A stretch of DNA of 64,000 nucleotides, taken from contig JBJHCF010000007.1 of assembly GCA_050506795.1 (NCBI GenBank), forward strand, positions 32,001-96,000, written 5' to 3'. The DNA is from Opitutia bacterium. Lineage in GTDB: Bacteria; Verrucomicrobiota; Verrucomicrobiia; Opitutales; T3Sed10-336. The notes below the pieces were generated by a model that saw only the letters and a program-made list of their open reading frames with translations, was not told the origin of the DNA and searched no databases. Positions within the stretch are counted from its first letter, which is position 1. Each line of letters begins with the position of its first letter. Below, piece by piece: positions 19,365-27,683 of this stretch. A program made the translations under genes and the position numbers.

Positions 19365-20342
19365 TCAATCGTTAGAAAGGTAGCTGGGAGTGAAGACCAA
19401 CACGTCGGTTTGCGGAGCGGGGGTCGCAGCTTTGCGATAGACAAATCCGAGGCCGGGCTCCAACTCACGATCATTGGCGATATTGAAATCCTGGTCGTAC
19501 CAATCACCTTCAAACGCAGTCAGAATTTCGGCCGGAGCCTTGTTGATACCTGCTTCGGTGTTGCTCGGGATAAACAGTTCATCGTTGTCTTGCGCACCAA
19601 GGACATCACCCAAACGGATGGGCGCGGGAACCGCAAATCCAATCGAAATATCCTGCTGGGCATCCGCAGCAACGGTACTCAACGGGTCACGTACAGGAAA
19701 CATTGGCACTGACCCGGCGATTACCGCTGAAAAGCTTTCACCCGATGCGTCACGAACGATAAACGACTCATCCAGCATAATCGTGTGATCATTTGAGATC
19801 GCAAAATCAGCATCATACCAATCCCCATCAAAGAAGGTGAAAATTCCGGAAGGAGCAACATTGACTCCCGCGTCGGGTCCACGATCAAACACGAAAATTT
19901 CGGTTTCATTGGGGAAGCCCGGGAATAGGGTCGCGAGGGTCCAATGAGGGATCAACTGAACGGCATCACCACCTTCGCCGGTGGCAAGTCCACTGAGATC
20001 TACGCCACTCTCAACAACCAGAGTGTCCCCTCCATTATCAACGCCGACGACGGTCGCACGTGTTCCGGCCAGTGCACCGGAACGGACAGCGATGAAGTAG
20101 GCCGGATTCTCGGGTTGGATTCCAGTCCCTTCAGCAAAGTTAATGTTGGAACCGTCTACGCTGACCGGAATCCCTTGAAACACCGGAGCACGATGCATCG
20201 GCACCGAGATCCGCGTATCGGAGGCGGCCAACAGGTTAACGGACACATATCCCACCGGATCCGTAGCCACCTCGACGTCCTGCGCGAAAGCGAAGGGGGC
20301 TGAGGCGACCAATCCTGCGAGTAAGCTAGCTTTTATCTTCAT
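19365..20342 (-). CDS. TIGR02597-like secreted protein
   Basis: Signal peptide AFA|Q, ATDPVGYV, IPHWTLATLFP, two AG[VI]NxAP repeats; family recognised from memory. Confidence 0.75.
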   Translation of the reverse strand: MKIKASLLAGLVASAPFAFAQDVEVATDPVGYVSVNLLAASDTRISVPMHRAPVFQGIPVSVDGSNINFAEGTGIQPENPAYFIAVRSGALAGTRATVVGVDNGGDTLVVESGVDLSGLATGEGGDAVQLIPHWTLATLFPGFPNETEIFVFDRGPDAGVNVAPSGIFTFFDGDWYDADFAISNDHTIMLDESFIVRDASGESFSAVIAGSVPMFPVRDPLSTVAADAQQDISIGFAVPAPIRLGDVLGAQDNDELFIPSNTEAGINKAPAEILTAFEGDWYDQDFNIANDRELEPGLGFVYRKAATPAPQTDVLVFTPSYLSND

Positions 20343-20393
20343 ATTTTTCCTTCCTGATTAGGGGGTTTGACCTAATTTATTGCTGAGTTTTTG

Positions 20394-20422
20394 GTTTAAA
20401 TCGAACCAAGATCGACTGTCAA
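20394..20422 (-). promoter_or_regulatory. Putative sigma70 promoter for the TIGR02597/PEP-CTERM unit
   Basis: Minus strand TTGACA-N17-TTAAAC, about 50 nt upstream of the ATG; perfect -35, weak -10. Confidence 0.45.
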
Positions 20423-20711
20423 GCCGTAAAATCCCTTAAATCGCCACGGAATCGACCGGCTTCTCCTGCTGGAACCTATCACTTCCGATCGGGCACCCCA
20501 CCGTTGGGAGGAGGGAGAGCCGCAATCGAAGCCAGCCGAATCCGGAGCGGACAATAAGCCTGCTCCATTTTCGTTCGCGATCAGATCCTGGCGGGAAAAT
20601 GGCGTCATTCGTGGTATTTCGAGGATTTCTATAGATAACCTACGGCGGCGCCGGCAAACTGCAAGACTTTTTTTGCTGAAACCAATCGATTTATGAGGCG
20701 GCGGGTCGGGT

Positions 20712-21386
20712 TCAGTCCTCCGGCAGCGGGGCTCCGGTCCACGGGTCCACGACATATGTGCGCCGTTCGTAACCGTAGTGTAGTTCGACGGTGAAAGGAA
20801 TACTGCTTCCATCGGGAAAAAAGGTCACCTGTTCGACCGGCTCGGTCTGCACCAGCTCTCCGCGAATGAGCACATAAGTCGCCCGCGGGCGCTGCTTGAG
20901 GAAACGGACGGAAGCGTTTCGGTCGATGGGGTATTCGTGAAGCCTTTCTCCACCGCTCTGCCGGGTCAGGTAAAAGACCTTTTTCTCATTGTCGAACCCC
21001 AGGATCACCGGACGCTCCCCTTCCAGCGCGAGCCAGCGAGCTTCCCTCATGGCCTGCTCGAACACCTCGTCGAGAGTTCGTTCATCGCGGCTGGCCAAAA
21101 CCCCCACCCCGGTAATAAACAGTGTGGAAAGCAACGCCATTACCGCGATCACCAACAGAATCTCGATGAGGGTGAAGGCGGAGCGGGGGCACGGGGGACG
21201 AGGGGCGTGGGGCGTGGGGCGTGGGGCGCGGGACGAGGGGCGTGGGAGCGAAGTGATCGCCTGCGGAGACGATTCGTCGGAATGGTTTGGGAAGCGAGGT
21301 CCCACACGAAAAAAGCGATCCAAAGCGGCGCGCTCAAAATCCGGAGCGACCGAAGAGAAACCGACCGCGGAACTCGAAGATCTCAT
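20712..21386 (-). CDS. Minor pseudopilin, GspH/FimT-like, with long leader
   Basis: A|FTLIEILLV motif, FFPDGS, DPWTG; follows gspG; start uncertain (ATG 21386 or TTG 21416). Confidence 0.75.
   Translation of the reverse strand: MRSSSSAVGFSSVAPDFERAALDRFFRVGPRFPNHSDESSPQAITSLPRPSSRAPRPTPHAPRPPCPRSAFTLIEILLVIAVMALLSTLFITGVGVLASRDERTLDEVFEQAMREARWLALEGERPVILGFDNEKKVFYLTRQSGGERLHEYPIDRNASVRFLKQRPRATYVLIRGELVQTEPVEQVTFFPDGSSIPFTVELHYGYERRTYVVDPWTGAPLPED
21185..21247 (+). repeat. Degenerate heptamer tandem repeat (CGTGGGG-like x about 9) in the gspH leader
   Basis: gggggca cggggga cgagggg cgtgggg cgtgggg cgtgggg cgcggga cgagggg cgtggga. Confidence 0.85.
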
Positions 21387-21452
21387 CTCTTCAGGCTTAA
21401 CAGTTATCCCTGCCAATACATCCCGCTTAGGATTTCGCCGCAGGCGAAATCC

Positions 21453-21896
21453 TTACCAGTTACCGATATTCCGGTCGCTGTCCACTCCGTCGGGTCCGAA
21501 TGACCAGAGGTCGTAGCTTCCTTCGTTGTGTTGTCCGGGAAAGCGATACTGGTATTGATTTCCCCATGGGTCGCGCAAGAGCTCATCGCGATCGATATAA
21601 GGCCCGCGCCAACGGTCGCCCCTGCCTTCCGGAGCGCGTACCAGGGCCTCCAGGCCTTCATCGGTGGATGGATAGCTGCCCATGTGCATGCGGTACGAGG
21701 TCAGAGGGACCCGAAAAGCCTGGTTAACCTGGTGTTTGGCAATATCCACCTGGCTTTCGCCGAAGACTTTATCGACATTACTGATCAGAACCCCGGCCAG
21801 CAAGCCCACCAAGGCGAGCACAATCAGGATCTCCAGCAGGGTAAAGGCGGAGCGCTTGGCGCGACCGGCGGAAAATAGGTCATTACGGTTTCTCAT
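21453..21896 (-). CDS. gspG: Type II secretion major pseudopilin G
   Basis: A|FTLLEILIV, YPSTDEGLEALV, WRGPY, DPWGNQYQY, DLWSFGPDG, IGNW. Confidence 0.92.
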   Translation of the reverse strand: MRNRNDLFSAGRAKRSAFTLLEILIVLALVGLLAGVLISNVDKVFGESQVDIAKHQVNQAFRVPLTSYRMHMGSYPSTDEGLEALVRAPEGRGDRWRGPYIDRDELLRDPWGNQYQYRFPGQHNEGSYDLWSFGPDGVDSDRNIGNW

Positions 21897-22083
21897 GGTG
21901 AAGGCTGGAAAAAAAGCGTTTAACTAGAATGAATAGGGGACGAAGGTGAAGCTGAAAACACCTTCGGTCCGATCAATGAATATTAACACCTCTTTTGACC
22001 GCAAGTTGCAGCGCCGGGTTCCCTGGTGCTGCCGGACAGTCCCGATAAGACGGATCAGTCCGACCAAATCCCAGGATCTATGT

Positions 22084-23496
22084 CTATGATCCGCCTCCGG
22101 CGTAAAACTTATTGATCTTTTCGGCCACATCGCGGTAACCGATGTCCACCGAGTAAATCGTTTTGTACTCGGCGATGGCTTCCTCGGTTTTGCCCATGAT
22201 TTCGTAGCATTCGGCCAATTCGTAAATGACCTCTTTTTTCTGGTCGTTCATGCCGGAAACCTCCGATTTGACGGCGGCGTACTGCTGAACCGCGAGGTCG
22301 TACTGCTTCTTGTGCTTGAAACAATTCCCAAGATAAACCAGCGACTGCACCCGGTACTTGGCGTTGCGCTGCGAAAGCTGAAACTGCTCGATAGCGGCGT
22401 CGATCTCACCCTTCTTGAAAAGAAGGCGGCCAAATTCGAAACGATTTGCGTAGTCGTTGGGGTAGCGCTCCACCAGGGAGCGGGTTTCCTCCAGCTTCAC
22501 TGAGTCGAGTTCCTCCTGGAGAGATACGATTTGTTTTTCGAGCTCCTCCTTTTGCTCGGGATTGTCCTTGATCTGACGGCTTAAAAGCCCGATCTCACGT
22601 TCGAGCCGCCCGGTTTTCAGCTCGGATTTGATCCGCTCCAAGTTGGCATCAGCCGCACCGGAAGGAAGCTCCTGGGCCTTTTCCACCCACTTGATGGCCT
22701 CGTCGAAATTGCCGACCTTCTCGTACTGTTTGATCAGGTTGCGGTAGTGGTTGAGGTTTTCCGGTTCCGCCTCCACTTTGCCGAGGGTAACCTTGATGAT
22801 ATCCTGGGAGGCGTCCTCAGAACTGACCACTTTTGCTTCCTGCTCCAATGCGATCGCCTGGCCCTCGTCGCGAAGCTTCTCCCGATAGGACCCCGCTTCT
22901 TCCCATTTGCCTTTTTGCATCGATTGGGCAACCGATGCGGACTTGATCATGGCCTGTCCCGCCTCGTGACCGGGTTTGAGTTCCAAAATACGTTCGGCGG
23001 CGCTCAACGCGGCGTCCGCCTGGCCCGCGGCAATGTAAGCCTCGCCGATTTCCAGGAGCGTCTTGATGTTGTCGGGCTGAATCTCACGGATTCCCTCCAG
23101 GGCGAAGACCCGCGTGGCCGGCAGTCCGTGCGATTTGGCGGCGTCAGCCAGAAGTTTCAAAGCGGAAAGATTGGTCGGGTCCCTGCTGAGCATCTTTTCC
23201 GCCGCGTTCATGGCTTTGGCCGGGTTCTTCTTCACCTGGCTCGAAGCCGTAATCATGAACGGCGCGGAGGAAAGCCCGCCGATCGCCTTGGCCATCAGCC
23301 GGTTCTTGGTAGAAAATTGTTTTTTCTGCGCGGCTCGCAAGAGCTTCCTGACCGAAAGACACTCAGGATGCCTTTCGAGGACGCTCAAACAAATCTTGAT
23401 AGCATACTCGTAATTCTCCCGTTCAACGGCGAGACGAGCGATATCGACCTGTTTCTGAAATTGCGGCTTAAGAGATGTGAGAGCTATTTCTGGCAT
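22084..23496 (-). CDS. Cytoplasmic TPR protein
   Basis: Multiple TPR helices, coiled coil, C-terminal IYSVDIGYRDV; no signal peptide; start placed at MPEIAL. Confidence 0.85.
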   Translation of the reverse strand: MPEIALTSLKPQFQKQVDIARLAVERENYEYAIKICLSVLERHPECLSVRKLLRAAQKKQFSTKNRLMAKAIGGLSSAPFMITASSQVKKNPAKAMNAAEKMLSRDPTNLSALKLLADAAKSHGLPATRVFALEGIREIQPDNIKTLLEIGEAYIAAGQADAALSAAERILELKPGHEAGQAMIKSASVAQSMQKGKWEEAGSYREKLRDEGQAIALEQEAKVVSSEDASQDIIKVTLGKVEAEPENLNHYRNLIKQYEKVGNFDEAIKWVEKAQELPSGAADANLERIKSELKTGRLEREIGLLSRQIKDNPEQKEELEKQIVSLQEELDSVKLEETRSLVERYPNDYANRFEFGRLLFKKGEIDAAIEQFQLSQRNAKYRVQSLVYLGNCFKHKKQYDLAVQQYAAVKSEVSGMNDQKKEVIYELAECYEIMGKTEEAIAEYKTIYSVDIGYRDVAEKINKFYAGGGS

Positions 23497-23744
23497 TTGA
23501 TCGATCAATCCGTGTAAAAGAATACTTGTTAACCAATTGAGACAGCGAGTCAAAACGAAAAAACATCCGGCACTCGACAGTTAGACTGACAACGCAAACC
23601 CGGTATTCCCACCGTACCCGGTCCAACCGGGCCACCATCGATTCGATGGGCCCTCCTGAGAAAGTTGGACGCTAACCTTAGGACTTGGAGGGTCCGCCTT
23701 GTCAAACGTGAGATTTAAAAAAAATCCCGCAAGGGGTACCTCGT

Positions 23745-25103
23745 CTACAGGAGCCCGTCCTCGGCCACGGCGTGGCGTAAACTCTCCATCCAACGTTTTA
23801 TCTCCGCCATGTCCGAACCCTCCACCAGCAATCGGATCTTGGGTTCCGTACCGGAGTACCGCACCAGGATCCGCCCTTGATCTCCGAGTGCCTTCTCCGC
23901 GCGGGCCATGACGGCGCTCAACCGCGGCAAGGACGCAAGGTCCGGCTTGTCTTTGACCCTCAACGCCGCGCTCTGTTGCGGAAACGCCACAAACCGGCCG
24001 GCCAGTTTTGACAGGCGCGGCGAACCGGCCGAGCTCAACAGAACCTCGATAATCTTCAGCGCGGCCAGAAGGCCGTCTCCGGCGGGTGCGGTTTCGGGGA
24101 AAATGATGTGCCCGGACGATTCTCCGCCGAGATTGAATCCGCCTTCGACCAGACGCGCCAGAACGTGGCGATCGCCGACATCGGTGCGCTCCACGCTGCC
24201 TCCGGCCGCCCGCAAGGCGGCGTCCAGTCCCAGATTGCTATGCACGGTGGCGACCAGCGTGCGGTGTGCGAGTTTTCCGGCTTCCAGCGCATGGAGTGCC
24301 AGCAGGGCCAGCAAGGCATCCCCGGGAACCACCTCACCGGTTTCATCCACAGCCACGATCCGGTCGCCGTCTCCGTCCAGGGCCAACCCCAAATCGGCCC
24401 CTTCCAATCGTACCCGGGCGGCCAGGAACTCCGGGTGCTGACTGCCCACTCCGTCGTTGATATTGCGTCCGTCGGGCAAATCTCCCAAAGCGATGACCCG
24501 CGCTCCCAAGGCTCGCAACACCCCGGGAGCGGTGCGGTAGCCGGCGCCATTGGCCGCATCCAGGACAATCGTCCAGTCCTTGAGCGCGCCGGGAGGCAGC
24601 AACCCGACCAGCCTTTTCTCGTAAAAGGCCAGATCCGGTTCGTCACGTACCTGTCCCGTCCTGCCCGCTCCCTCGTTGAGACTGGGATCATCGAGCCATC
24701 TTTCGATGTCCTCCTCCGCCTGATCGGTCAGTTTCCTGCCTTCAGCGGAAAAAAACTTGATGCCGTTGTCGTCGGCCGGATTGTGGGACGCCGTCACCAC
24801 AATTCCCAAGTCGGCGCCGTAGTGCAGCACAGCCAGCGCCACCGCCGCAGTCGGCGCCACCCCCAACCGGATCACGTCGGTGCCCGAATCCATCAAGCCT
24901 TCAACGAGCGCCGCTTCCAGGACCGGTCCCGATTCACGGGTATCCCGGCCGATCACCACGACCGGACGACGCGACGACCGACATTGTCCCGCCAGCGAAC
25001 GACCCGCCGCCCGACCGAGTCGTACGGCGAACTCGGGATTGATCCATTGGTCGCCAAAACGACCGCGCACACCGTCGGTCCCGAAATACTTCCGCTTCCC
25101 CAT
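23745..25103 (-). CDS. glmM: Phosphoglucosamine mutase
   Basis: FGTDGVRG, TASHNP, DGDGDR, GGESSGH, RYSGTEP. Confidence 0.93.
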   Translation of the reverse strand: MGKRKYFGTDGVRGRFGDQWINPEFAVRLGRAAGRSLAGQCRSSRRPVVVIGRDTRESGPVLEAALVEGLMDSGTDVIRLGVAPTAAVALAVLHYGADLGIVVTASHNPADDNGIKFFSAEGRKLTDQAEEDIERWLDDPSLNEGAGRTGQVRDEPDLAFYEKRLVGLLPPGALKDWTIVLDAANGAGYRTAPGVLRALGARVIALGDLPDGRNINDGVGSQHPEFLAARVRLEGADLGLALDGDGDRIVAVDETGEVVPGDALLALLALHALEAGKLAHRTLVATVHSNLGLDAALRAAGGSVERTDVGDRHVLARLVEGGFNLGGESSGHIIFPETAPAGDGLLAALKIIEVLLSSAGSPRLSKLAGRFVAFPQQSAALRVKDKPDLASLPRLSAVMARAEKALGDQGRILVRYSGTEPKIRLLVEGSDMAEIKRWMESLRHAVAEDGLL

Positions 25104-26155
25104 TATTGGTAAAATGACTGCACCTTTTTCACAAAATCTCTCACGGCCCCGCCGAGAAGATTTTCCCGGGCAAGCTCAAGCCCCTCCTCCACCGACCCCG
25201 CGCGCCCTTGAATGCTGAAGGCCAAGGCGGCGTTGAGAAGGATCGAGTTCACCAGGCCGGCGGGTGCCTCCCCGTCGAAAATCGCCTGGAGCAGTCGCAA
25301 ATTGTCTTTCAGATTTCCGCCGGCCAATTCGGACGGTTGACATTCAGGCAGCCCGTAACGGTCGGGTCCCCACACCTGGTCATCGCCCTGGAAACGGCCG
25401 AATCCGGCCGTCCGGTTTTCGGTGGCACAGGAGATCTCATCCATACCCGCCCCATCGGACAACCGGCCATGAGCCACATAGCCGGCTTCCAGTCCAATCG
25501 CATGGAGCGCCTCCGCCAGAGGCGACACCCAGGAGTCACCGAAAACCCCCATAAATTGAAAGGCCGGCCGACCGGGATTGATCAATGGGCCGAGAATATT
25601 AAAAACCGTCCTTTGGCCGCGGGCCGCCAGTGCCTTGCGCACAGGCATAATTTCCTTAAACGCGGGATGGTAGGCCGGAGCAAAAAAGAAAACAAAATTC
25701 AACGTGTCGAGGGAACGGCGCGCCAGGTCCTCATCCATCTCCAGCGGCACCCCGAGCGCCTGCAAAAGGTCCGCGCTTCCGCAACTGGAGGTGATGGAAC
25801 GGTTCCCGTGCTTAAAGACCGGCACTCCGGCCGCCGCCAGAACCAGGGCCGCGGTCGTCGAGATATTAAACGTTCCCTGGCGGTCGCCGCCGGTGCCGCA
25901 CACATCGATCGCCCGACCCGCCCATTCGGACACGCCGGGATCCCGGGCCAAGACGCGAAAGGTCTCGGCAAAACAACCGACTTCCACGCCGGTTTCACCC
26001 TTGTTGGCAAAAGCGATCAGAAAACGCTCCTTCAACCCGGCCTCGACATCGTGCGCCGCCAAAGCGCGGGCGGCGGCGGCGGCCTCGGCGGCCGTCAAAT
26101 CAGCCCCCGCCTCAACCCTTTCCGCCGCGTTTCGTAATTCGATGGTGTCACTCAT
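25103..26155 (-). CDS. trpD: Anthranilate phosphoribosyltransferase
   Basis: DVCGTGGD, FNIST, KHGNRS, GSADLL, RTVFNILGPL, DE; stop overlaps the glmM start. Confidence 0.93.
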   Translation of the reverse strand: MSDTIELRNAAERVEAGADLTAAEAAAAARALAAHDVEAGLKERFLIAFANKGETGVEVGCFAETFRVLARDPGVSEWAGRAIDVCGTGGDRQGTFNISTTAALVLAAAGVPVFKHGNRSITSSCGSADLLQALGVPLEMDEDLARRSLDTLNFVFFFAPAYHPAFKEIMPVRKALAARGQRTVFNILGPLINPGRPAFQFMGVFGDSWVSPLAEALHAIGLEAGYVAHGRLSDGAGMDEISCATENRTAGFGRFQGDDQVWGPDRYGLPECQPSELAGGNLKDNLRLLQAIFDGEAPAGLVNSILLNAALAFSIQGRAGSVEEGLELARENLLGGAVRDFVKKVQSFYQ

Positions 26156-26372
26156 GATGCAGTTGAACCTCTGATAATAGAACAGCTTCTCCCGGTGGCT
26201 CGCAAACGGGACTTTCTCAGCAAGCGCGCCCTGTTCCCGTTTGTCCAGACCGGAATTGAACGTTAAAAACGTTTCCCGAATATCGCTTGACGCCCCATGA
26301 TGCACTACGTAATGCTTTTTCCTTTGCGTCTAGTGCAAAAGTCCTTTCTCTTTTCCAAACCTACACAAAACC

Positions 26373-26552
26373 ATGGCCAATCCAAAACGTAAGCAATCGA
26401 AAGCGAGAAGCGCCAAGCGCCGCGCCGCCAACCGTTTCAAGGCGCCAGAGCTCGCCAAAGACACCGTTGACGGAACCACCTTCCGGCCGCACCGCGTCAA
26501 CCCCAATAACGGGATGTACCGCGGCCGTCAGGTCATCGACATGGAAGCCTGA
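26373..26552 (+). CDS. rpmF: 50S ribosomal protein L32 (Cys-less form)
   Basis: Not in the ORF track. 59-aa MANPKRKQSKARSAKRR...PHRV...GMYRGRQV immediately upstream of plsX. Confidence 0.92.
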   Translation: MANPKRKQSKARSAKRRAANRFKAPELAKDTVDGTTFRPHRVNPNNGMYRGRQVIDMEA

Positions 26553-26615
26553 AGCTTCCTGATTCACCTCCCATTCTTTCCGCGGTGACCATTCCGCATA
26601 TCCCCCCGACACACC

Positions 26616-27683
26616 ATGGAGGATAAAGGGGCCGGCACGACGACCATCGCCATCGACGCCATGGGCGGAGATCTGGGACCCGAGGAAGTCGTTGAAGCGT
26701 TGAAGCTGGCCTACTCGCGGGTACCCAAGATGGAGCGGACGATCCTCACGGGCCGCGAGGAGATCCTCGATCCTCTGCTCCGGAAGGCCGGCCTGGCCGA
26801 CGACTCCCGGGTGAGCGTGCACCACGCCACCGAAGTCATCGAGATGAACGATAAGCCGCTTCAAGCCCTGAAGCGGAAAAAGGACTCGTCCATGGTCAGG
26901 GCGATCGACCTGGTGAAATCCGGTCAGGCCAAGGTGCTTCTCAGCTGCGGCAACACCGGCAGCCTCATGGCGGGCGGCACGATCAAGCTGCGCGTCATGG
27001 AAGGCGTGGACCGGCCGGCCCTGGCCACGGTCATTCCCAACAAGGAGTGCCACTTTGTGCTGATCGATGCCGGCGCCAACCCGGAAGCGCGACCGGAGCA
27101 CCTGGTTCACAACGCGATTCTGGGCAAGATTTATTCGAAGGTGGCGCTCGGCATCGAGGACCCTCGAATCGGCCTGCTCACCATCGGAACCGAAGAGGGA
27201 AAGGGCAACGAACTCACCCACCAGACTCACCTCCTGCTGAAAAAGGTCTCACATCTGTTCAATTACCAGGGTCCGATCGAAGGCTTTCACCTCTTTCAGA
27301 ATCATGTCGATGTGGTGGTATGCGACGGTTTTGTGGGCAATATCGTGCTGAAGACCTGCGAATCGCTTTTCCACGCGCTCAAGGAATACCTTAAGGAGGA
27401 AATCACCCGCAACCCGCTCCGGAAAATGGGTGCGCTGCTCTCCATGGGTGCATTCCGGGCGATGAAAACCCAACTCAACCCTGACCATTATGGCGGGGCT
27501 CCCCTGCTCGGCCTGCGAGGAAACATTCTCAAGGCCCACGGATCGAGCAACCGGGAAGCGATCATGAACGCAATTCGCATCGGCACGGAAATCATCGCTC
27601 AGGACATGAACACCCATATGCTCGACGAGATCCGTGAGGTCAACGAAGCCCTGCGCCAGGCTGAAGCTTCGCCAATCCTATGA
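26616..27683 (+). CDS. plsX: Phosphate acyltransferase
   Basis: IAIDAMGGD, SCGNTG, DRPAL, DAGAN, CDGFVGN, GGAPLLG, KAHGSS. Confidence 0.95.
   Translation: MEDKGAGTTTIAIDAMGGDLGPEEVVEALKLAYSRVPKMERTILTGREEILDPLLRKAGLADDSRVSVHHATEVIEMNDKPLQALKRKKDSSMVRAIDLVKSGQAKVLLSCGNTGSLMAGGTIKLRVMEGVDRPALATVIPNKECHFVLIDAGANPEARPEHLVHNAILGKIYSKVALGIEDPRIGLLTIGTEEGKGNELTHQTHLLLKKVSHLFNYQGPIEGFHLFQNHVDVVVCDGFVGNIVLKTCESLFHALKEYLKEEITRNPLRKMGALLSMGAFRAMKTQLNPDHYGGAPLLGLRGNILKAHGSSNREAIMNAIRIGTEIIAQDMNTHMLDEIREVNEALRQAEASPIL

Noticed and set aside
21938..21970. Hairpin cgaaggtg/caccttcg upstream of gspG as a riboswitch (e.g. c-di-GMP)
   Set aside because: Single 8-bp stem without the conserved aptamer motifs; at most a simple 5' UTR hairpin.
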